From an uncultured beta proteobacterium (GTDB lineage Bacteria > Pseudomonadota > Gammaproteobacteria > Burkholderiales > Rhodocyclaceae): a stretch of DNA of 64,000 bases. The stretch is from assembly GCA_963736845.1 (NCBI GenBank), contig CAVTQL010000021.1, forward strand, positions 36,030 through 100,029. Reading direction: 5' to 3'. Within the stretch, counting starts at the first letter, position 1. Each line of letters starts with the position of its first letter. The position numbers were made by a program, and so were the translations under genes. The notes under the pieces were generated by a model, which was not told the DNA's origin, made no database searches, and saw nothing but the letters and a program-made list of their open reading frames with translations. This document shows positions 43,587 through 55,344 of the stretch, piece by piece.

Positions 43587-44565
43587 CGCCGGCCCCGCCG
43601 GAAATCGGCCGGAAAGCGGCGTCGACCGCAACAGCGAGGCGCCGCCCTCGCGCCGGAACCGCCGGGCGCCCGGCGCTGCCCTTGCCGCGTCGGCGCCGGC
43701 GCCGCAGGCGCGCCGCCGTCCGGGCGCACCGCCGCCGCCTGAAGGTCGCCCGCCGGGCAGGGGCGGGCGCCGCGCGTCGCCCGCCGAGGAAGCCAAGCCG
43801 GAACGGTTGCACAAGGTGATGGCGCAGGCCGGCATCGGCTCGCGCCGGGAAATGGAGGAATGGATCGCCGCCGGCCGGATCACGGTCAATGGCGAGGTGG
43901 CGCAGGTCGGGCAGACAGTGGTTTACGGCGACAAGGTCAAGGTTGGCGGCCGCCTGGTCAACCTGCGTTTCACCAGTACCCGGACGCCGCGCGTGCTGCT
44001 CTATCACAAGCCGGAAGGCGAGATCGTCTCGCGCGACGACCCCGACGGCCGCCCCTCGGTGTTCGCCGCCTTGCCGCGAATCCGCGGCGGCCGCTGGATC
44101 AACGTCGGTCGGCTCGACTTCAACACCTCCGGCCTGCTGTTATTCACCACGTCCGGGGAACTGGCCAACCGGCTGATGCATCCGAGTTCGCAACTCGTGC
44201 GCGAGTACGCCGTGCGCGTTCTCGGCGAACTGACCGCCGAGGCGCAGCAGCGCCTGCTGCAGGGTGTCGAACTGGAGGACGGTATCGCCAGTTTCGCCAG
44301 CCTCGAGGAAGCCGGTGGCGAAGGGGCCAACCGCTGGCACCGCGCGACCCTCTTCGAGGGGCGCAACCGCGAGGTGCGCCGGATGTTCGAGGCGGTCGGC
44401 TGCACGGTCAGCCGCCTGATCCGCGTGCGCTATGGCCCGTTCGTGCTGCCGCCGCAACTCAAGCGGGGCCGCGTGCGCGAACTCGACGAAGGCGAGGTGA
44501 AGACCCTGCTGCGCGAACTCGAAAGGCCGGCCGCGGCGCCGCCCCGGCAGCATGAAGGGACTTGA
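43543..44565 (+). CDS. rluB: 23S rRNA pseudouridine synthase RluB with an Arg/Pro-rich N-terminal extension (start uncertain)
   Basis: ..[31 protein letters not shown].. is the S4 domain; ..[14 protein letters not shown].. is the catalytic Asp motif. Confidence 0.85.
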   Translation: MKTKRTPFRPPSRPDAGPAGNRPESGVDRNSEAPPSRRNRRAPGAALAASAPAPQARRRPGAPPPPEGRPPGRGGRRASPAEEAKPERLHKVMAQAGIGSRREMEEWIAAGRITVNGEVAQVGQTVVYGDKVKVGGRLVNLRFTSTRTPRVLLYHKPEGEIVSRDDPDGRPSVFAALPRIRGGRWINVGRLDFNTSGLLLFTTSGELANRLMHPSSQLVREYAVRVLGELTAEAQQRLLQGVELEDGIASFASLEEAGGEGANRWHRATLFEGRNREVRRMFEAVGCTVSRLIRVRYGPFVLPPQLKRGRVRELDEGEVKTLLRELERPAAAPPRQHEGT

Positions 44566-44580
44566 AGGCATACGGATTCA

Positions 44581-44609
44581 TTTACGAAGAGGGGCCAACT
44601 CGTTATAAT
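44581..44609 (+). promoter_or_regulatory. candidate sigma70 promoter of the rimP-nusA-infB operon
   Basis: TTTACG-17 nt-TATAAT (the -10 box is at 44604-44609). Confidence 0.4.
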
Positions 44610-44625
44610 CCGACGGTTTGTTCCT

Positions 44626-44652
44626 CCCGCCGCTTGTGGCGGGCATCTTTTT
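44626..44652 (+). terminator. intrinsic terminator-like hairpin A in the rluB-rimP spacer
   Basis: cccgcc-gcttgt-ggcggg followed by catcttttt. Confidence 0.55.
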
Positions 44653-44658
44653 CCGAGG

Positions 44659-44679
44659 TGGGCGTTTCGCCCATTTTTT
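44659..44679 (+). terminator. intrinsic terminator-like hairpin B, 10 nt before the rimP start
   Basis: tgggcg-ttt-cgccca followed by tttttt. Confidence 0.55.
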
Positions 44680-44689
44680 GTTTGTGGTC

Positions 44690-45130
44690 ATGGATCTGAA
44701 TTCGCTGCTTGAAACGACCGTGCAGGGGCTCGGCTACGAACTTGTCGACATCGAGATGTCGCCACGCGGCCGCACCATCCGCGTCTTCATCGACCGCTCC
44801 GACAAGGACGGCGGTGTCGATGTCGACGATTGCGCCCGGGTCTCGAACCAGCTCTCGCGGCTGTTCGAGGTCGAGAACGTCGATTACGACCGTCTCGAGA
44901 TCTCTTCGCCGGGCCTCGACCGGGTGGTCAGGAAGGCTGTCGATTTCGAGCGCTTCGCCGGCCAGGACATCCAGATCAAGCTGCGCATTCCAGTGAACAA
45001 CCGCCGCAACTTCCAGGGCGAACTGCTCGGCCACAAGGATGGCAAGGTCGGCCTGCGCCTCGAAAAGGAAGACGTGGAACTGGAATTCAACAATATCGAG
45101 AAGGCACGCCTGGTGCCTCGTTTCGACTGA
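44690..45130 (+). CDS. rimP: ribosome maturation factor RimP
   Basis: The internal ATG at 44690 gives MDLNSLLETTVQGLGYELVDIEMSPRGRTIRVFID... It precedes nusA. Confidence 0.9.
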   Translation: MDLNSLLETTVQGLGYELVDIEMSPRGRTIRVFIDRSDKDGGVDVDDCARVSNQLSRLFEVENVDYDRLEISSPGLDRVVRKAVDFERFAGQDIQIKLRIPVNNRRNFQGELLGHKDGKVGLRLEKEDVELEFNNIEKARLVPRFD

Positions 45131-45151
45131 AGGACTTGGAGGTTATAGCCC

Positions 45152-46625
45152 ATGAGCCGTGAACTGCTGCTGCTGGTCGATGCACTGGCCCGCGAAAAGA
45201 ACGTTGCCAAGGACGTCGTTTTCGGCGCGCTGGAACTGGCGCTTGCCTCGGCAACCAAGAAGCGCATCCACGACGAGGCCGACGTGCGCGTCTCGGTCGA
45301 CCGCGAGACCGGCGACTACGAGTCCTTCCGCCGCTGGCAGGTGGTTGCCGACAACGAGTACGTCAATGAATTTCTCCAGGTGCCGCTGTCGGAAGCCAGC
45401 AAGGACGACCCCGAGGTCGAGGCGGGCGATTCCCTCGAGGAGCCGCTGGAGCCGATCGACTTCGGCCGCATCGGCGCCCAGGCCGCCAAGCAGGTGATCC
45501 TGCAGAAGATCCGTGACGCCGAGCGCGAGCAGATCCTCGCCGACTTCCTCGAGCGCAAGGAGCACATCGTCTACGGGACGATCAAGCGCATGGAGCGTGG
45601 CAATGCCATCATCGAAGCCGGCAAGATCGAGGCCATGCTGCCCCGTGACCAGATGATCCCGAAGGAGAACCTGCGCATCGGCGACCGCGTTCGCGCCTAC
45701 CTGCTGCGCATCGACCGCAGCGCGCGCGGCCCGCAGATCATCCTGTCGCGCACGGCGCCGGAATTCATCATCAGGCTGTTCGAGATGGAAGTGCCGGAAA
45801 TCGAGGACGGCCTGATGGAAATCAAGGCCTGCGCCCGCGATCCCGGCATGCGCGCCAAGATCGCCGTCAAGTCGAACGATCCGCGCGTCGATCCGATCGG
45901 CACCTGCGTCGGCCTGCGCGGCTCGCGCGTTACCGCGGTGACGCAACGAGATCGGCGGCGAGAACATCGACATCGTGCTGTGGTCGGCCGACCCGGCCCA
46001 GTTCGTCATCGGCGCGCTGGCGCCGGCCGAGGTGTCGTCGATCGTCGTCGATGAAGACAAGCACGCGATGGACGTCGTCGTGGACGAGGACAACCTCGCC
46101 ATCGCCATCGGCCGCGGTGGCCAGAACGTCCGCCTGGCTTCCGAACTGACCGGGTGGGCGATCAACCTGATGACGAAGGACGAATCGTCCAAGAAATCCG
46201 AGGCGGAATTCGCCGTCACCCGCCTGACGTTCATGGAGAAGCTCGACATCGACGAGGAACTGGCCGACCTGCTGATCGACGAGGGCTTCTCGTCACTCGA
46301 GGAGGTCGCCTACGTGCCGCTCGCCGAAATGCTCGAAATCAACGGGCTCGACGAGGAAATCGTCAACGAGCTGCGCAACCGCGCGCGCAACGTCCTGTTG
46401 ACCGAAGCCATCGTGACCGAGGAGCAGCTCGAGGGCGTCGCCGACGATCTGCTCAATCTCGAGGGCATGACCAGGGAACTGGCCGCCAGGCTTTCCAACA
46501 AGGGTGTAAAGACCCGCGAGGACCTGGCCGAGCTGGCGGTCGACGAGGTCGTCGAGATGACTGGCATTGACGAAGAGCGTGCCAAGGAAATCATTCTGAA
46601 GGCGCGAGCTCACTGGTTCGAGTGA
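45152..46625 (+). CDS. nusA: transcription termination/antitermination factor NusA, one frame break near 45945
   Basis: [18 protein letters not shown].. with S1 and KH domains. It continues in ORF 45975-46625 after an apparent 1-nt insertion (..RVTAVT|[14 protein letters not shown]..). Confidence 0.94.
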
Positions 46626-46641
46626 GCGGGAGGGTGCAAGC

Positions 46642-49276
46642 ATGACCGCAACAACAGTTTCGCAATTTGCCGTTGAACTCAAGATGCCGGTAGTGGCGCT
46701 GCTGGAGCAGTTGGGCCGGGCCGGCGTCGGCAAGCAGGACAGCGGCGATGCGCTGACCGACCAGGACAAGGCCAGGCTGCTCGACTACCTGCGCCGGGCG
46801 CACGGCGACGAGTCCAAGACCAAGATCACGCTGACCCGCAAGCAGACGTCCGAGATCAAGGCGACAGACGCCCAGGGGCGCGCCCGCACCGTGCAGGTCG
46901 AGGTGCGCAAGAAGCGCGTACTGGTCAAGCGTGAGCTCGGCGAACAGGCGCCGGAAGTGCAGCCTGTGCCCGAGCCGGCCGCAGCCGCCGAAGCCGTCAC
47001 CGCCGAAGCCGTCCGCCGAAGCCGTCGCCGCCGAAGCCGCCACCGCCACCGCCACCGCCGCAGCCCCGTCGCCTCTGCTTGACGAACGCGAGCTCAAGAC
47101 CCGCGAAGACCAGGACCGCCGCCAGCACAACCTGCTCGAGCGCCAGGCGCGCGAACTCAAGGAAAAGCAGGAGCGCGAGGTGGGGCTCGTCCGCGTCAAG
47201 CGCGAAGCGGAGGAGGCGGCGGCCGCCGCGCGTGCGGCCGAACTGGCCACGCAACAGGCGACCACCCAGGCCAAGGCGCAGGAACCGGCCGCCGACAAGG
47301 GCACGCTGCACAAGAAGCCCGAGATGCCGGGCAAGGACGCCAAGAAGACCGGCAACGGCCGCGCCGACGACGGCAAGAAGCGGCCGGGCATCAAGACGCG
47401 TTCGTCGGATACCGGCAGTGCGTGGAAGGATGGCCGCCACGGCCACCGCAAGCACGGCGGCCATCGCGGCGACGACCAGCAGGGCACCTTCCAGGCGCCG
47501 ACCGAGCCGATGGTGCGCGAGGTGCACATCCCGGAAACCATTTCGGTCGCCGACCTGGCGCACAAGATGGCGATCAAGGCGACCGAAGTCATCAAGGCGA
47601 TGATGAAGATGGGCTCGATGGTCACCATCAACCAGGTGCTTGACCAGGAAACGGCGATGATCCTCGTCGAGGAGATGGGGCACAAGGCGGTTGCCGCCAA
47701 GCTCGACGATCCCGACGCCTTCCTCGAGGTAACTGCCGGCGGCGAGCACAGGGACGTGCCGCTCGAGCCGCGGGCGCCGGTCGTCACCGTCATGGGCCAC
47801 GTCGACCACGGCAAGACCTCGCTGCTCGACCATATCCGCCGTGCCAAGGTGGCGGCCGGCGAAGCCGGCGGCATCACCCAGCACATCGGCGCCTATCATG
47901 TCCGGACCGAGCGCGGCATGGTCACATTCCTCGACACGCCGGGTCACGAGGCGTTCACGGCGATGCGTGCGCGCGGCGCCAAGGCGACCGACATCGTCAT
48001 CCTGGTCGTCGCGGCTGACGACGGCGTGATGCCGCAGACCAAGGAAGCGATCCACCACGCCAAGGCGGCCGGCGTGCCGCTGGTGGTGGCGATCAACAAG
48101 ATGGACAAGCCGGATGCCAACGCGGATCGCGTCAAGCAGGAACTGGTGGCCGAAGGCGTCATTCCGGAAGATTACGGTGGCGATTCGCCCTTCGTGCCGG
48201 TTTCGGCCAAGAAGGGCACCGGCATCGACGAACTGCTCGAGCAGGTGCTGCTGCAGGCGGAAGTGCTGGAGCTGAAAGCGCAAAAGGATGCGCCGGCCAA
48301 GGGCCTGATCATCGAAGCACGCCTCGACAAGGGTCGCGGCGCGGTGGCGACCATGCTGGTGCTCTCCGGTACCCTCAAGCGCGGCGATGTCGTGCTGGCC
48401 GGCCAGGTCTCCGGGCGCGTCCGTGCCATGCTCGACGAAAACGGCAAGCCGATCACCGAAGCCGGTCCCTCGATCCCGGTCGAGATCCTCGGCCTGTCGG
48501 ATGTGCCGGCCGCCGGCGAAGAAGCGATCGTGCTCGCCGACGAGAAGAAGGCGCGCGAAATCGCGCTGTTCCGCCAGGGCAAGTTCCGCGACGTCAAGCT
48601 GGCCAAGCAGCAGGCGGCCAAGCTCGAAAACATGTTCGAGCAGATGAAGGAAGGCGAGGTCAAGACCTTGCCGCTCATCGTCAAGGCCGACGTCCAGGGT
48701 TCGCAGGAAGCGCTGGTCCAGACGCTGTCCAAGCTGTCGAACGAAGAAGTCCGCGTCCAGATCATCCACGGCGCGGTGGGCGGTATCAGCGAATCCGACG
48801 TCAATCTGGCGCAGGCGTCCGGCGCGGTCATCATCGGCTTCAACACCCGCGCCGATGCCAATTCGCGCAAGCTGGCCGAGAACTTCGGCGTCGATATCCG
48901 TTACTACAACGTGATCTATGACGCGGTCGACGAGGTGAAAGCGGCACTTTCCGGCATGCTGTCGCCCGAGAAGCGCGAGCAGATCATCGGTCTGGTCGAA
49001 ATCCGCCAGGTCTTCCACGTCTCCAAGGTCGGCGCCATCGCCGGCTGCTACGTGCTGGAAGGGATCGTCAAGCGCAGTTCCCGCGTTCGCCTGCTGCGCA
49101 ACAATGTGGTGCAGTGGGATGGCGAGCTCGAGTCGCTCAAGCGCTTCAAGGACGACGTCAAGGAGGTCCGCAGCAACTTCGAATGCGGCCTGTCGCTGAG
49201 GAACAACAACGACATCCAGGAAGGTGATCAGCTCGAAGTGTATGAAATCCAGGAAGTGGCACGCACGCTGAAATGA
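46642..49276 (+). CDS. infB: translation initiation factor IF-2, one frame break near 47012
   Basis: [24 protein letters not shown].. has a low-complexity Ala/Glu/Pro region carrying the shift, then a G domain ([28 protein letters not shown]). Confidence 0.95.
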
Positions 49277-49644
49277 AGCGGAAGTCGTTTCAGCGCAGCG
49301 ACCGGATCGCGGAGCAGGTCCGCCGCGACCTCGCCGAGCTGATCCAGGGCGAGCTGAAGGATCCGCGCGTCGGCATGATCAGCCTGACCGAGGTCGAATT
49401 GACCCCGGACTACGCTCACGCCAAGGTGTTCTTCACCACCCTCGACAGCGAGCATCTGGAAGAGATCCAGAGCGGCCTGCGCCGCGCCGCGGGCTTCCTG
49501 CGCCGCGAACTCGGCAAGCGCATCCATATCCACACGCTGCCCGAGTTGCACTTCATCTACGACAGCTCGATCGAGCGCGGCGCCAGCCTGACGCAACTGA
49601 TCGCCGAGGCCAACGCGCTTTCCGACCGGACGCCGGACGATTAG
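49273..49644 (+). CDS. rbfA: ribosome-binding factor A
   Basis: 123 aa, ..[47 protein letters not shown].. ATGA overlap with the infB stop. Confidence 0.93.
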   Translation: MKRKSFQRSDRIAEQVRRDLAELIQGELKDPRVGMISLTEVELTPDYAHAKVFFTTLDSEHLEEIQSGLRRAAGFLRRELGKRIHIHTLPELHFIYDSSIERGASLTQLIAEANALSDRTPDD

Positions 49645-49653
49645 ACGTTGCCA

Positions 49654-50559
49654 ATGCAGCCGATAGCGAAAAAGACCTGGAAACAGGTCGACGGCGTCCT
49701 GCTGCTCGACAAGCCGGTCGGCATCAGTTCGAACGACGCGCTGCAAAAGGCGCGCCGGCTTTTCTCGGCGGCCAGGGGCGGGCATACCGGCACGCTCGAC
49801 CCGCTCGCGTCCGGCCTGCTGCCGCTGTGCTTCGGCGAGGCGACCAAGTTTTCGGCCGACCTGCTTGCCGCCGACAAGACTTACGAAGCCGAACTGGCGC
49901 TCGGCGTCACTACCGATTCCGGCGATGCCGAGGGCAGGGTGATCGCCACGGCTGCGGTCGACGTGGCGGAAGGCGACATTCTGCGGGTGCTGCCGCAATT
50001 TACCGGCGACATCCGGCAGGTGCCGCCGATGCATTCCGCCCTGAAGCGGAACGGCCGGCCGCTCTACGAACTGGCCCGGCAGGGCATCGAGGTCGAACGG
50101 GAGGCGCGGTCGGTCACCATCCACGCCATCGAACTCCTGGGTTTTTCGGGTGCCCGCCTGGCGCTGCGCGTCTCGTGCAGCAAGGGAACCTACATCCGGA
50201 CGCTGGCGGCCGACATCGGCGCCGCCCTTGGCTGCGGCGCGCACCTGGCCGCCTTGCGCCGTACCGTCGTCGGCAGCCTCGGGCTGGCCGACGCGCTGAC
50301 CCTGGCGGATCTGGAAGCCCGCGACGAAGCAGGTCGCCTGGCCTGCCTGCTGCCGGTCGACCATCTGCTCGCCAGCCTGCCGGCGGTGACGCTGGCAGAC
50401 GAGGCGGTGCAGCGCTTCAGCCACGGCAACCCGGTGGACCTGCCCGGCGGTCCCGGCGGCAAGCTCCGCGTCTATGCGGCGTCGGGACTGCTCGGTATCG
50501 GCGAATCCGGCGACGACGGCCGCCTCTGGCCAAAACGACTGGTGCAACTCGCGGGCTGA
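49654..50559 (+). CDS. truB: tRNA pseudouridine(55) synthase TruB
   Basis: [53 protein letters not shown]. The ORF track starts at TTG 49648; the ATG at 49654 is preferred. Confidence 0.92.
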   Translation: MQPIAKKTWKQVDGVLLLDKPVGISSNDALQKARRLFSAARGGHTGTLDPLASGLLPLCFGEATKFSADLLAADKTYEAELALGVTTDSGDAEGRVIATAAVDVAEGDILRVLPQFTGDIRQVPPMHSALKRNGRPLYELARQGIEVEREARSVTIHAIELLGFSGARLALRVSCSKGTYIRTLAADIGAALGCGAHLAALRRTVVGSLGLADALTLADLEARDEAGRLACLLPVDHLLASLPAVTLADEAVQRFSHGNPVDLPGGPGGKLRVYAASGLLGIGESGDDGRLWPKRLVQLAG

Positions 50560-50666
50560 TCTGGTATAGTGATGAGCTTTTCCGTCGCCAACGGGAAAAA
50601 TGTCCTCAACTTGGCGCTGGCTCTATCAAACCGGGGCGGCGTCGTCATCATGAAAGCGAGTTTGAA

Positions 50667-50936
50667 ATGGCAATCACCACCGAGTTCAAGGCCGGCATCG
50701 TCGCCGACTACCAGCGCGCCAAGGGCGACACCGGGTCCCCGGAAGTGCAGGTCGCGCTGCTGACCGCCCGCATCAACGATCTCACCCCCCACTTCCGTGA
50801 GCACAAGAAGGACCACCACTCGCGGCGTGGCCTGCTGCACCTGGTTTCCCAGCGCCGCAAGCTGCTCGACTACCTGAAGGGCAAGGATGTCGAGCGTTAC
50901 CGCACCCTGATTTCCCGCCTCGGCCTGCGGAAATAA
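50667..50936 (+). CDS. rpsO: 30S ribosomal protein S15
   Basis: [57 protein letters not shown].. (89 aa), read inside the longer ORF 49827-50936. Confidence 0.95.
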   Translation: MAITTEFKAGIVADYQRAKGDTGSPEVQVALLTARINDLTPHFREHKKDHHSRRGLLHLVSQRRKLLDYLKGKDVERYRTLISRLGLRK

Positions 50937-50958
50937 AGCAGACAGAAGCTTCGAAAGA

Positions 50959-50988
50959 GCGGCCCGGAAATCTCCCGGCCGCTTTTTT
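50959..50988 (+). terminator. intrinsic terminator/attenuator between rpsO and pnp
   Basis: gcggcc..ggccgc stem followed by tttttt. Confidence 0.6.
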
Positions 50989-51040
50989 CATTTGTTGTTG
51001 TGTCGTGTGTTGTTCATTGTGATGAGAGTGAAAGGAAATC

Positions 51041-53170
51041 ATGTTTAATGTCGTGAAAAAGACCTTCGCCTACGGGGACCATCAGGTCACCCTCGAAACC
51101 GGCGAAATCGCCCGCCAGGCTGGCGGTGCAGTACTCGTTTCCATGGAAGAAACCGTGGTTCTGGTCACCGTCGTGGCCGCCAGGAACGCCAAGCCCGGCC
51201 AGGATTTCTTCCCGCTGACTGTCGATTATCAAGAGAAGACTTATGCCGCCGGCCGCATTCCCGGCGGCTTCTTCAAGCGCGAAGGCCGTCCTTCCGAAAA
51301 GGAAACGCTGACCTGCCGCCTGATCGATCGCCCGATTCGCCCGCTGTTCCCGGACGGCTTCTACAACGAAATCCAGGTCATCGCCACGGTGATGTCGCTG
51401 AACCCGGAAGTCGATTCCGACATCCCGGCTATGCTTGGCGCCTCGGCCGCGCTGGCGATCTCCGGTGTGCCGTTCAACGGCCCGATCGGCGCTGCCCGCG
51501 TCGGTTACATCAACGGCGAGTACGTGCTGTGCCCGACCCTGAGCCAGCTCAAGGACAGCCAGCTCGACCTCGTCGTCGCCGGCACCGAATCCGCCGTGCT
51601 GATGGTCGAGTCCGAGTGTGATCAACTGTCCGAGGAAGTCATGCTGGGCGCCGTGGTGTTCGGTCACACCGAATCGCGGAAGGCGATCGACGCCATCAAC
51701 GAGCTCGTCGAAGAAGCCGGCAAGCCCGAGTGGGACTGGACGCCGGCGCCGAAGAACGAGCCGCTGATCGCCAGGGTGCACGAACTCGCCAGGCCCGAGT
51801 TCGAGGCCGCCTACAACATCACCGTCAAGCAGACGCGGACCCAGGCGGTCAAGGAAATCTACGCCCGAGTCATCGCCGCCGTTACCGAAGGCGTCGAAAA
51901 TGCACCGTCGGGCGGCGAGGTCATGGACATCATGTTCGCCCTCGAAGGCGAAATCGTGCGTGGTCGCATCCTGTCGGGCGCCCCGCGCATCGACGGCCGC
52001 GACACCCGTACCGTGCGTCCGATCACCATGCGTTCCGGCGTCCTGCCGCGCACCCATGGTTCGGCGCTGTTCACGCGTGGCGAAACCCAGGCGCTGGCCG
52101 TGGCCACGCTCGGTACCAACCGCGACGAACAGATCATCGATGCGCTGGCCGGTGAGTACCGCGACCGCTTCATGCTGCACTACAACATGCCTCCCTTCGC
52201 TACTGGCGAAACCGGCCGCGTCGGGTCGCCCAAGCGTCGTGAAATCGGTCACGGCCGTCTCGCCAAGCGCGCGCTGCTGGCCGTGCTGCCGAACCCGGAA
52301 GATTTCTCCTACTCGATGCGCCTGGTTTCGGAAATTACCGAATCCAACGGTTCTTCCTCCATGGCTTCCGTCTGCGGCGGCTGTCTCGCCCTGCTGGACG
52401 CCGGCGTGCCGCTCAAGGCGCATGTGGCCGGTATTGCCATGGGCCTGATCAAGGAAGGCAACCGCTTCGCCGTGCTGACCGACATCCTCGGCGACGAAGA
52501 TCACCTCGGCGACATGGACTTCAAGGTGGCCGGCACGACTGCAGGTATCACCGCGCTGCAGATGGACATCAAGATCCAGGGCATCACCAAGGAAATCATG
52601 CAGGTGGCGCTGGCCCAGGCCCAGGAAGCCCGTCTGCACATCCTCGGCCTGATGCAGGAATCCGCTGCCGGCCCGCGCGAAGAGATGTCGGCCTACGCGC
52701 CGCGTCTGTACACCTTCAAGATCAATCCGGAAAAGATCCGTGACGTGATCGGCAAGGGCGGCGCCGTCATCCGCGCGCTGACCGAGGAAACCGGCACCAC
52801 GATCGACATCCAGGACGACGGCACGATCACCATCGCCGCCACCAGCGGCGAAGCAGCGGCCCATGCCCGTTCGCGCATCGATGCGATCACCGCCGAAGTC
52901 GAGATCGGCAAGATCTACGAAGGTACCGTGCTGAAGATCCTCGACTTCGGTGCGATCGTTTCCGTGCTGCCGGGCAAGGATGGTCTGCTGCACATCTCCC
53001 AGATCGCCCAGGAACGCGTCAACAAGGTCGAAGACTACGTCAAGGAAGGCCAGGTCGTTCGCGTCAAGGTTCTCGAAACCGACGACCGCGGTCGCGTCAA
53101 GTTGTCGATGAAGGCTGCCGCGGCGGAAGAGGGCACCAGCCCGCCGCAACCCGCCGTCCAGCCGCAATAA
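51041..53170 (+). CDS. pnp: polyribonucleotide nucleotidyltransferase (PNPase)
   Basis: 709-aa uninterrupted ORF with two RNase PH domains plus KH and S1 (..[17 protein letters not shown]..). Confidence 0.96.
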   Translation: MFNVVKKTFAYGDHQVTLETGEIARQAGGAVLVSMEETVVLVTVVAARNAKPGQDFFPLTVDYQEKTYAAGRIPGGFFKREGRPSEKETLTCRLIDRPIRPLFPDGFYNEIQVIATVMSLNPEVDSDIPAMLGASAALAISGVPFNGPIGAARVGYINGEYVLCPTLSQLKDSQLDLVVAGTESAVLMVESECDQLSEEVMLGAVVFGHTESRKAIDAINELVEEAGKPEWDWTPAPKNEPLIARVHELARPEFEAAYNITVKQTRTQAVKEIYARVIAAVTEGVENAPSGGEVMDIMFALEGEIVRGRILSGAPRIDGRDTRTVRPITMRSGVLPRTHGSALFTRGETQALAVATLGTNRDEQIIDALAGEYRDRFMLHYNMPPFATGETGRVGSPKRREIGHGRLAKRALLAVLPNPEDFSYSMRLVSEITESNGSSSMASVCGGCLALLDAGVPLKAHVAGIAMGLIKEGNRFAVLTDILGDEDHLGDMDFKVAGTTAGITALQMDIKIQGITKEIMQVALAQAQEARLHILGLMQESAAGPREEMSAYAPRLYTFKINPEKIRDVIGKGGAVIRALTEETGTTIDIQDDGTITIAATSGEAAAHARSRIDAITAEVEIGKIYEGTVLKILDFGAIVSVLPGKDGLLHISQIAQERVNKVEDYVKEGQVVRVKVLETDDRGRVKLSMKAAAAEEGTSPPQPAVQPQ

Positions 53171-53191
53171 CGGGCATACCCCGGAAAGCAC

Positions 53192-53215
53192 GAAGGGCAC
53201 CGCGAGGTGCCCTTC
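53192..53215. terminator. bidirectional hairpin between convergent pnp and dksA
   Basis: gaagggcacc-gcga-ggtgcccttc (10-bp stem). Confidence 0.65.
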
Positions 53216-53272
53216 CTTGTTGCCGGTGGTCAATTGTGTCAGCGTCGACCGCCGGACTCGCCTTGGCCGGCC

Positions 53273-53698
53273 TTACTTGGCCATCTGCTTCTCTTTCAGC
53301 TCGTCCAGGGTCTTGCAATCGATGCACAGCGTCGCCGTCGGGCGGGCCTCCAGGCGTTTGATGCCGATCTCGACACCGCACTTGTTGCAGAAGCCGTAGT
53401 CGCCGCTGTCGATGCGCGCCTGCGTTTCGTTGATCTTCTTGATCAGCTTGCGCTCACGGTCGCGGTTGCGCAGCTCGATGGCGATGTCCGTTTCCTGGCT
53501 GGCGCGGTCGTTGGGGTCGGCGAATACCGTTGCCTCGTCCTGCATGGTGTGCACCGTGCGGTCGATATCCTCGCTCAATTCCTTCTTGAGCGTCTCGAGT
53601 ATCTTGCGAAAATGCGCAAGCTGCTTGGCGCTCATGTACTCCTCGCCCTTCTTGGGCTCGTACGGCGCAAAATGCTTGTGAAGCAGGTCTTCAGCCAT
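53273..53698 (-). CDS. dksA: RNA polymerase-binding regulator DksA
   Basis: 141 aa with a coiled coil containing the DxxDxA-type tip (ADPNDRASQETD) and a C4 zinc finger (CNKCGVEI...CIDC). Confidence 0.93.
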   Translation of the reverse strand: MAEDLLHKHFAPYEPKKGEEYMSAKQLAHFRKILETLKKELSEDIDRTVHTMQDEATVFADPNDRASQETDIAIELRNRDRERKLIKKINETQARIDSGDYGFCNKCGVEIGIKRLEARPTATLCIDCKTLDELKEKQMAK

Positions 53699-53836
53699 TT
53701 GATTGCGTGTTCCAGAGACGAAAGAGGCGATTAAATATCAGAAAGCCGGGCGGGCTGCAAGGGAAGTTTCTCGGCCCGTGATACGCCCTTGATCTGGTGC
53801 GGGTTTCCGGCCGATGATAGAATCCATTTCCTATGT

Positions 53837-53913
53837 CGGGGCGTAGCGCAGCCTGGTAGCGCATCTGCTTTGGGAGCAGAGGGTCGTGAGTTCGAATCCC
53901 ACCGCCCCGACCA
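53837..53913 (+). tRNA. tRNA-Pro (anticodon TGG)
   Basis: CGGGGCGTAGCGCAGCCTGGTAGCGC..CTGCTTTGGGAGCAG..TTCGAATCCCACCGCCCCGACCA folds as a cloverleaf by hand with one A-C mismatch in the T stem. CCA is encoded. Confidence 0.85.
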
Positions 53914-53938
53914 ATTATTAAAGCGCTTTTCCCCTCGG

Positions 53939-54015
53939 GTGCCCGTAGCTCAACTGGATAGAGCAGCTGCCTTCTAAGCAGCAGGTCGGGGGTTCGAGTC
54001 CCTCCGGGCACGCCA
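53939..54015 (+). tRNA. tRNA-Arg (anticodon TCT)
   Basis: GTGCCCGTAGCTCAACTGGATAGAGCAGCTGCCTTCTAAGCAGCAGGTCGGGGGTTCGAGTCCCTCCGGGCACGCCA has anticodon loop CTTCTAA. CCA is encoded. Confidence 0.88.
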
Positions 54016-54067
54016 CTTTCGGTTCACTTATCTTGTCAGGTCTTCAATCCAGATTGTGGGAACAGAG

Positions 54068-55080
54068 ATGATTCTTGTCACAGGCGGTGCCGGGTATATC
54101 GGTTCGCATACCGTCGTCGAAATGCTGACCGCGAACCTTGATTTGCTGATTCTCGACAACTTTTCGAACAGTTCACCCAAGGTGGTCGACGCGATTGAAC
54201 GCATTGTCGGCAAGCGACCGCTCGTTGTTCGACGACGACATCCGGGACAAGGCCGGGCTGCGCCGGATATTCGGCGAATATCCGATTGATGGCGTCGTTC
54301 ATTTCGCGGGACTGAAGGCCGTCGGCGAGTCGGTTGAGCGCCCCTTGCACTATTACGGCAACAATGTCGCCGGTTCCCTCGCCCTGTTCGAGGCGATGGC
54401 CGAGGCCGGAGTCTACCGGCTGGTCTTCAGTTCCTCGGCAACGGTGTACGGCGATCCGCATAGCGTGCCGATCCGTGAGGATTTCCCGCTGCAGGCGACC
54501 AATCCCTACGGCCGCACGAAACTGATGATCGAGGAGATGTTGCGCGATCTGGCGGCCGCTGATCCGCGCTGGCGGGTGGCGCTGCTGCGCTATTTCAACC
54601 CGGTGGGGGCGCATCCGAGCGGAATGATCGGGGAAGATCCGCAGGGTATTCCCAACAACCTCATGCCCTATGTGGCGCAGGTGGCTGTCGGCCGGCGCCC
54701 CGAACTCTCCGTTTTCGGTGGCGACTATCCGACGCCGGATGGAACCGGGGTGCGCGACTATATCCACGTCGTTGATCTGGCTCGCGGTCACCTCGCCGCA
54801 CTCAACGTCCTGGACAAGTTGCCGGGAGCAGTGCCGATCAACCTTGGGACCGGTCGCGGTTATAGCGTGCTCGAGGTCGTGGCAGCTTTCGAGAATGCCA
54901 GCGGCAGAAAGAGTGCCGTTTCGCATCGTTGACCGCAGGCTGGGTGATATTGCTGCCTGCTATGCCGATTCGTCACTTGCTCAGGACCTGCTAGGCTGGT
55001 CGGCTGGCCGGGGGATGGCGACGATGTGTGAGGATTCGTGGCGCTGGCAGTCGACCAACCCGACGGGATTCGATAGGTGA
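54068..55080 (+). CDS. galE: UDP-glucose 4-epimerase, 2 frame breaks (near 54222 and 54905)
   Basis: [16 protein letters not shown].. (Rossmann fold) ..[12 protein letters not shown].. ..[12 protein letters not shown].. (YxxxK). It continues through ORFs 54195-54932 and 54670-55080. Confidence 0.88.
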
Positions 55081-55344
55081 TCCGGCTACCGCGATTTCCA
55101 ATTGGGGTCGGTGTTGAAAGTTCGTGAAATATCTCCTTGTCAGACCAGGCGTAGCCTGTAGAATCGGCGATAAGGAAGGGTCTGCAAGACTGTCGGTTTT
55201 CTTTACATTGTCGGCGAGAGTCAGGGTCTGCATTTCAATGGGTCCGAAGGAAATCATTGATTGTTAATTGAAATTCTTTGCTTGCATGAAAATTGCTTTA
55301 TTATTCGTGCAGATTGTCCGTTGCTATTAGTCAGGTGAAAAGAG

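Noticed and set aside
43543-43830. Arg/Pro/Ala-rich ~90-aa stretch at the 5' end of rluB as a separate gene or a novel domain
   Set aside because: Basic low-complexity N-terminal extensions are common in RluB of GC-rich Betaproteobacteria (from memory). This one is continuous with the S4 domain. Only the exact start codon is uncertain.
45152-49276. nusA and infB as pseudogenes
   Set aside because: Both are essential single-copy genes, and each has a single 1-nt shift with perfect homology on both sides. I interpret these as consensus errors, not gene loss or programmed frameshifting.
50560-50666. Hairpin cttttccg...cgggaaaa upstream of rpsO as an S15 autoregulatory structure
   Set aside because: The pairing is imperfect, and I cannot model the S15 pseudoknot by hand. 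It may simply be the truB terminator.
46997-53233. Long antisense ORFs over infB (46997-49018) and pnp (51014-53233)
   Set aside because: Shadow ORFs. infB and pnp are uninterrupted over these spans and highly recognisable on the plus strand.
53837-54067. Integrase or attachment site next to the tRNA-Pro/tRNA-Arg pair
   Set aside because: No integrase-like ORF and no repeat of the tRNA 3' end is visible anywhere in the window. Only the compositional shift is reported.
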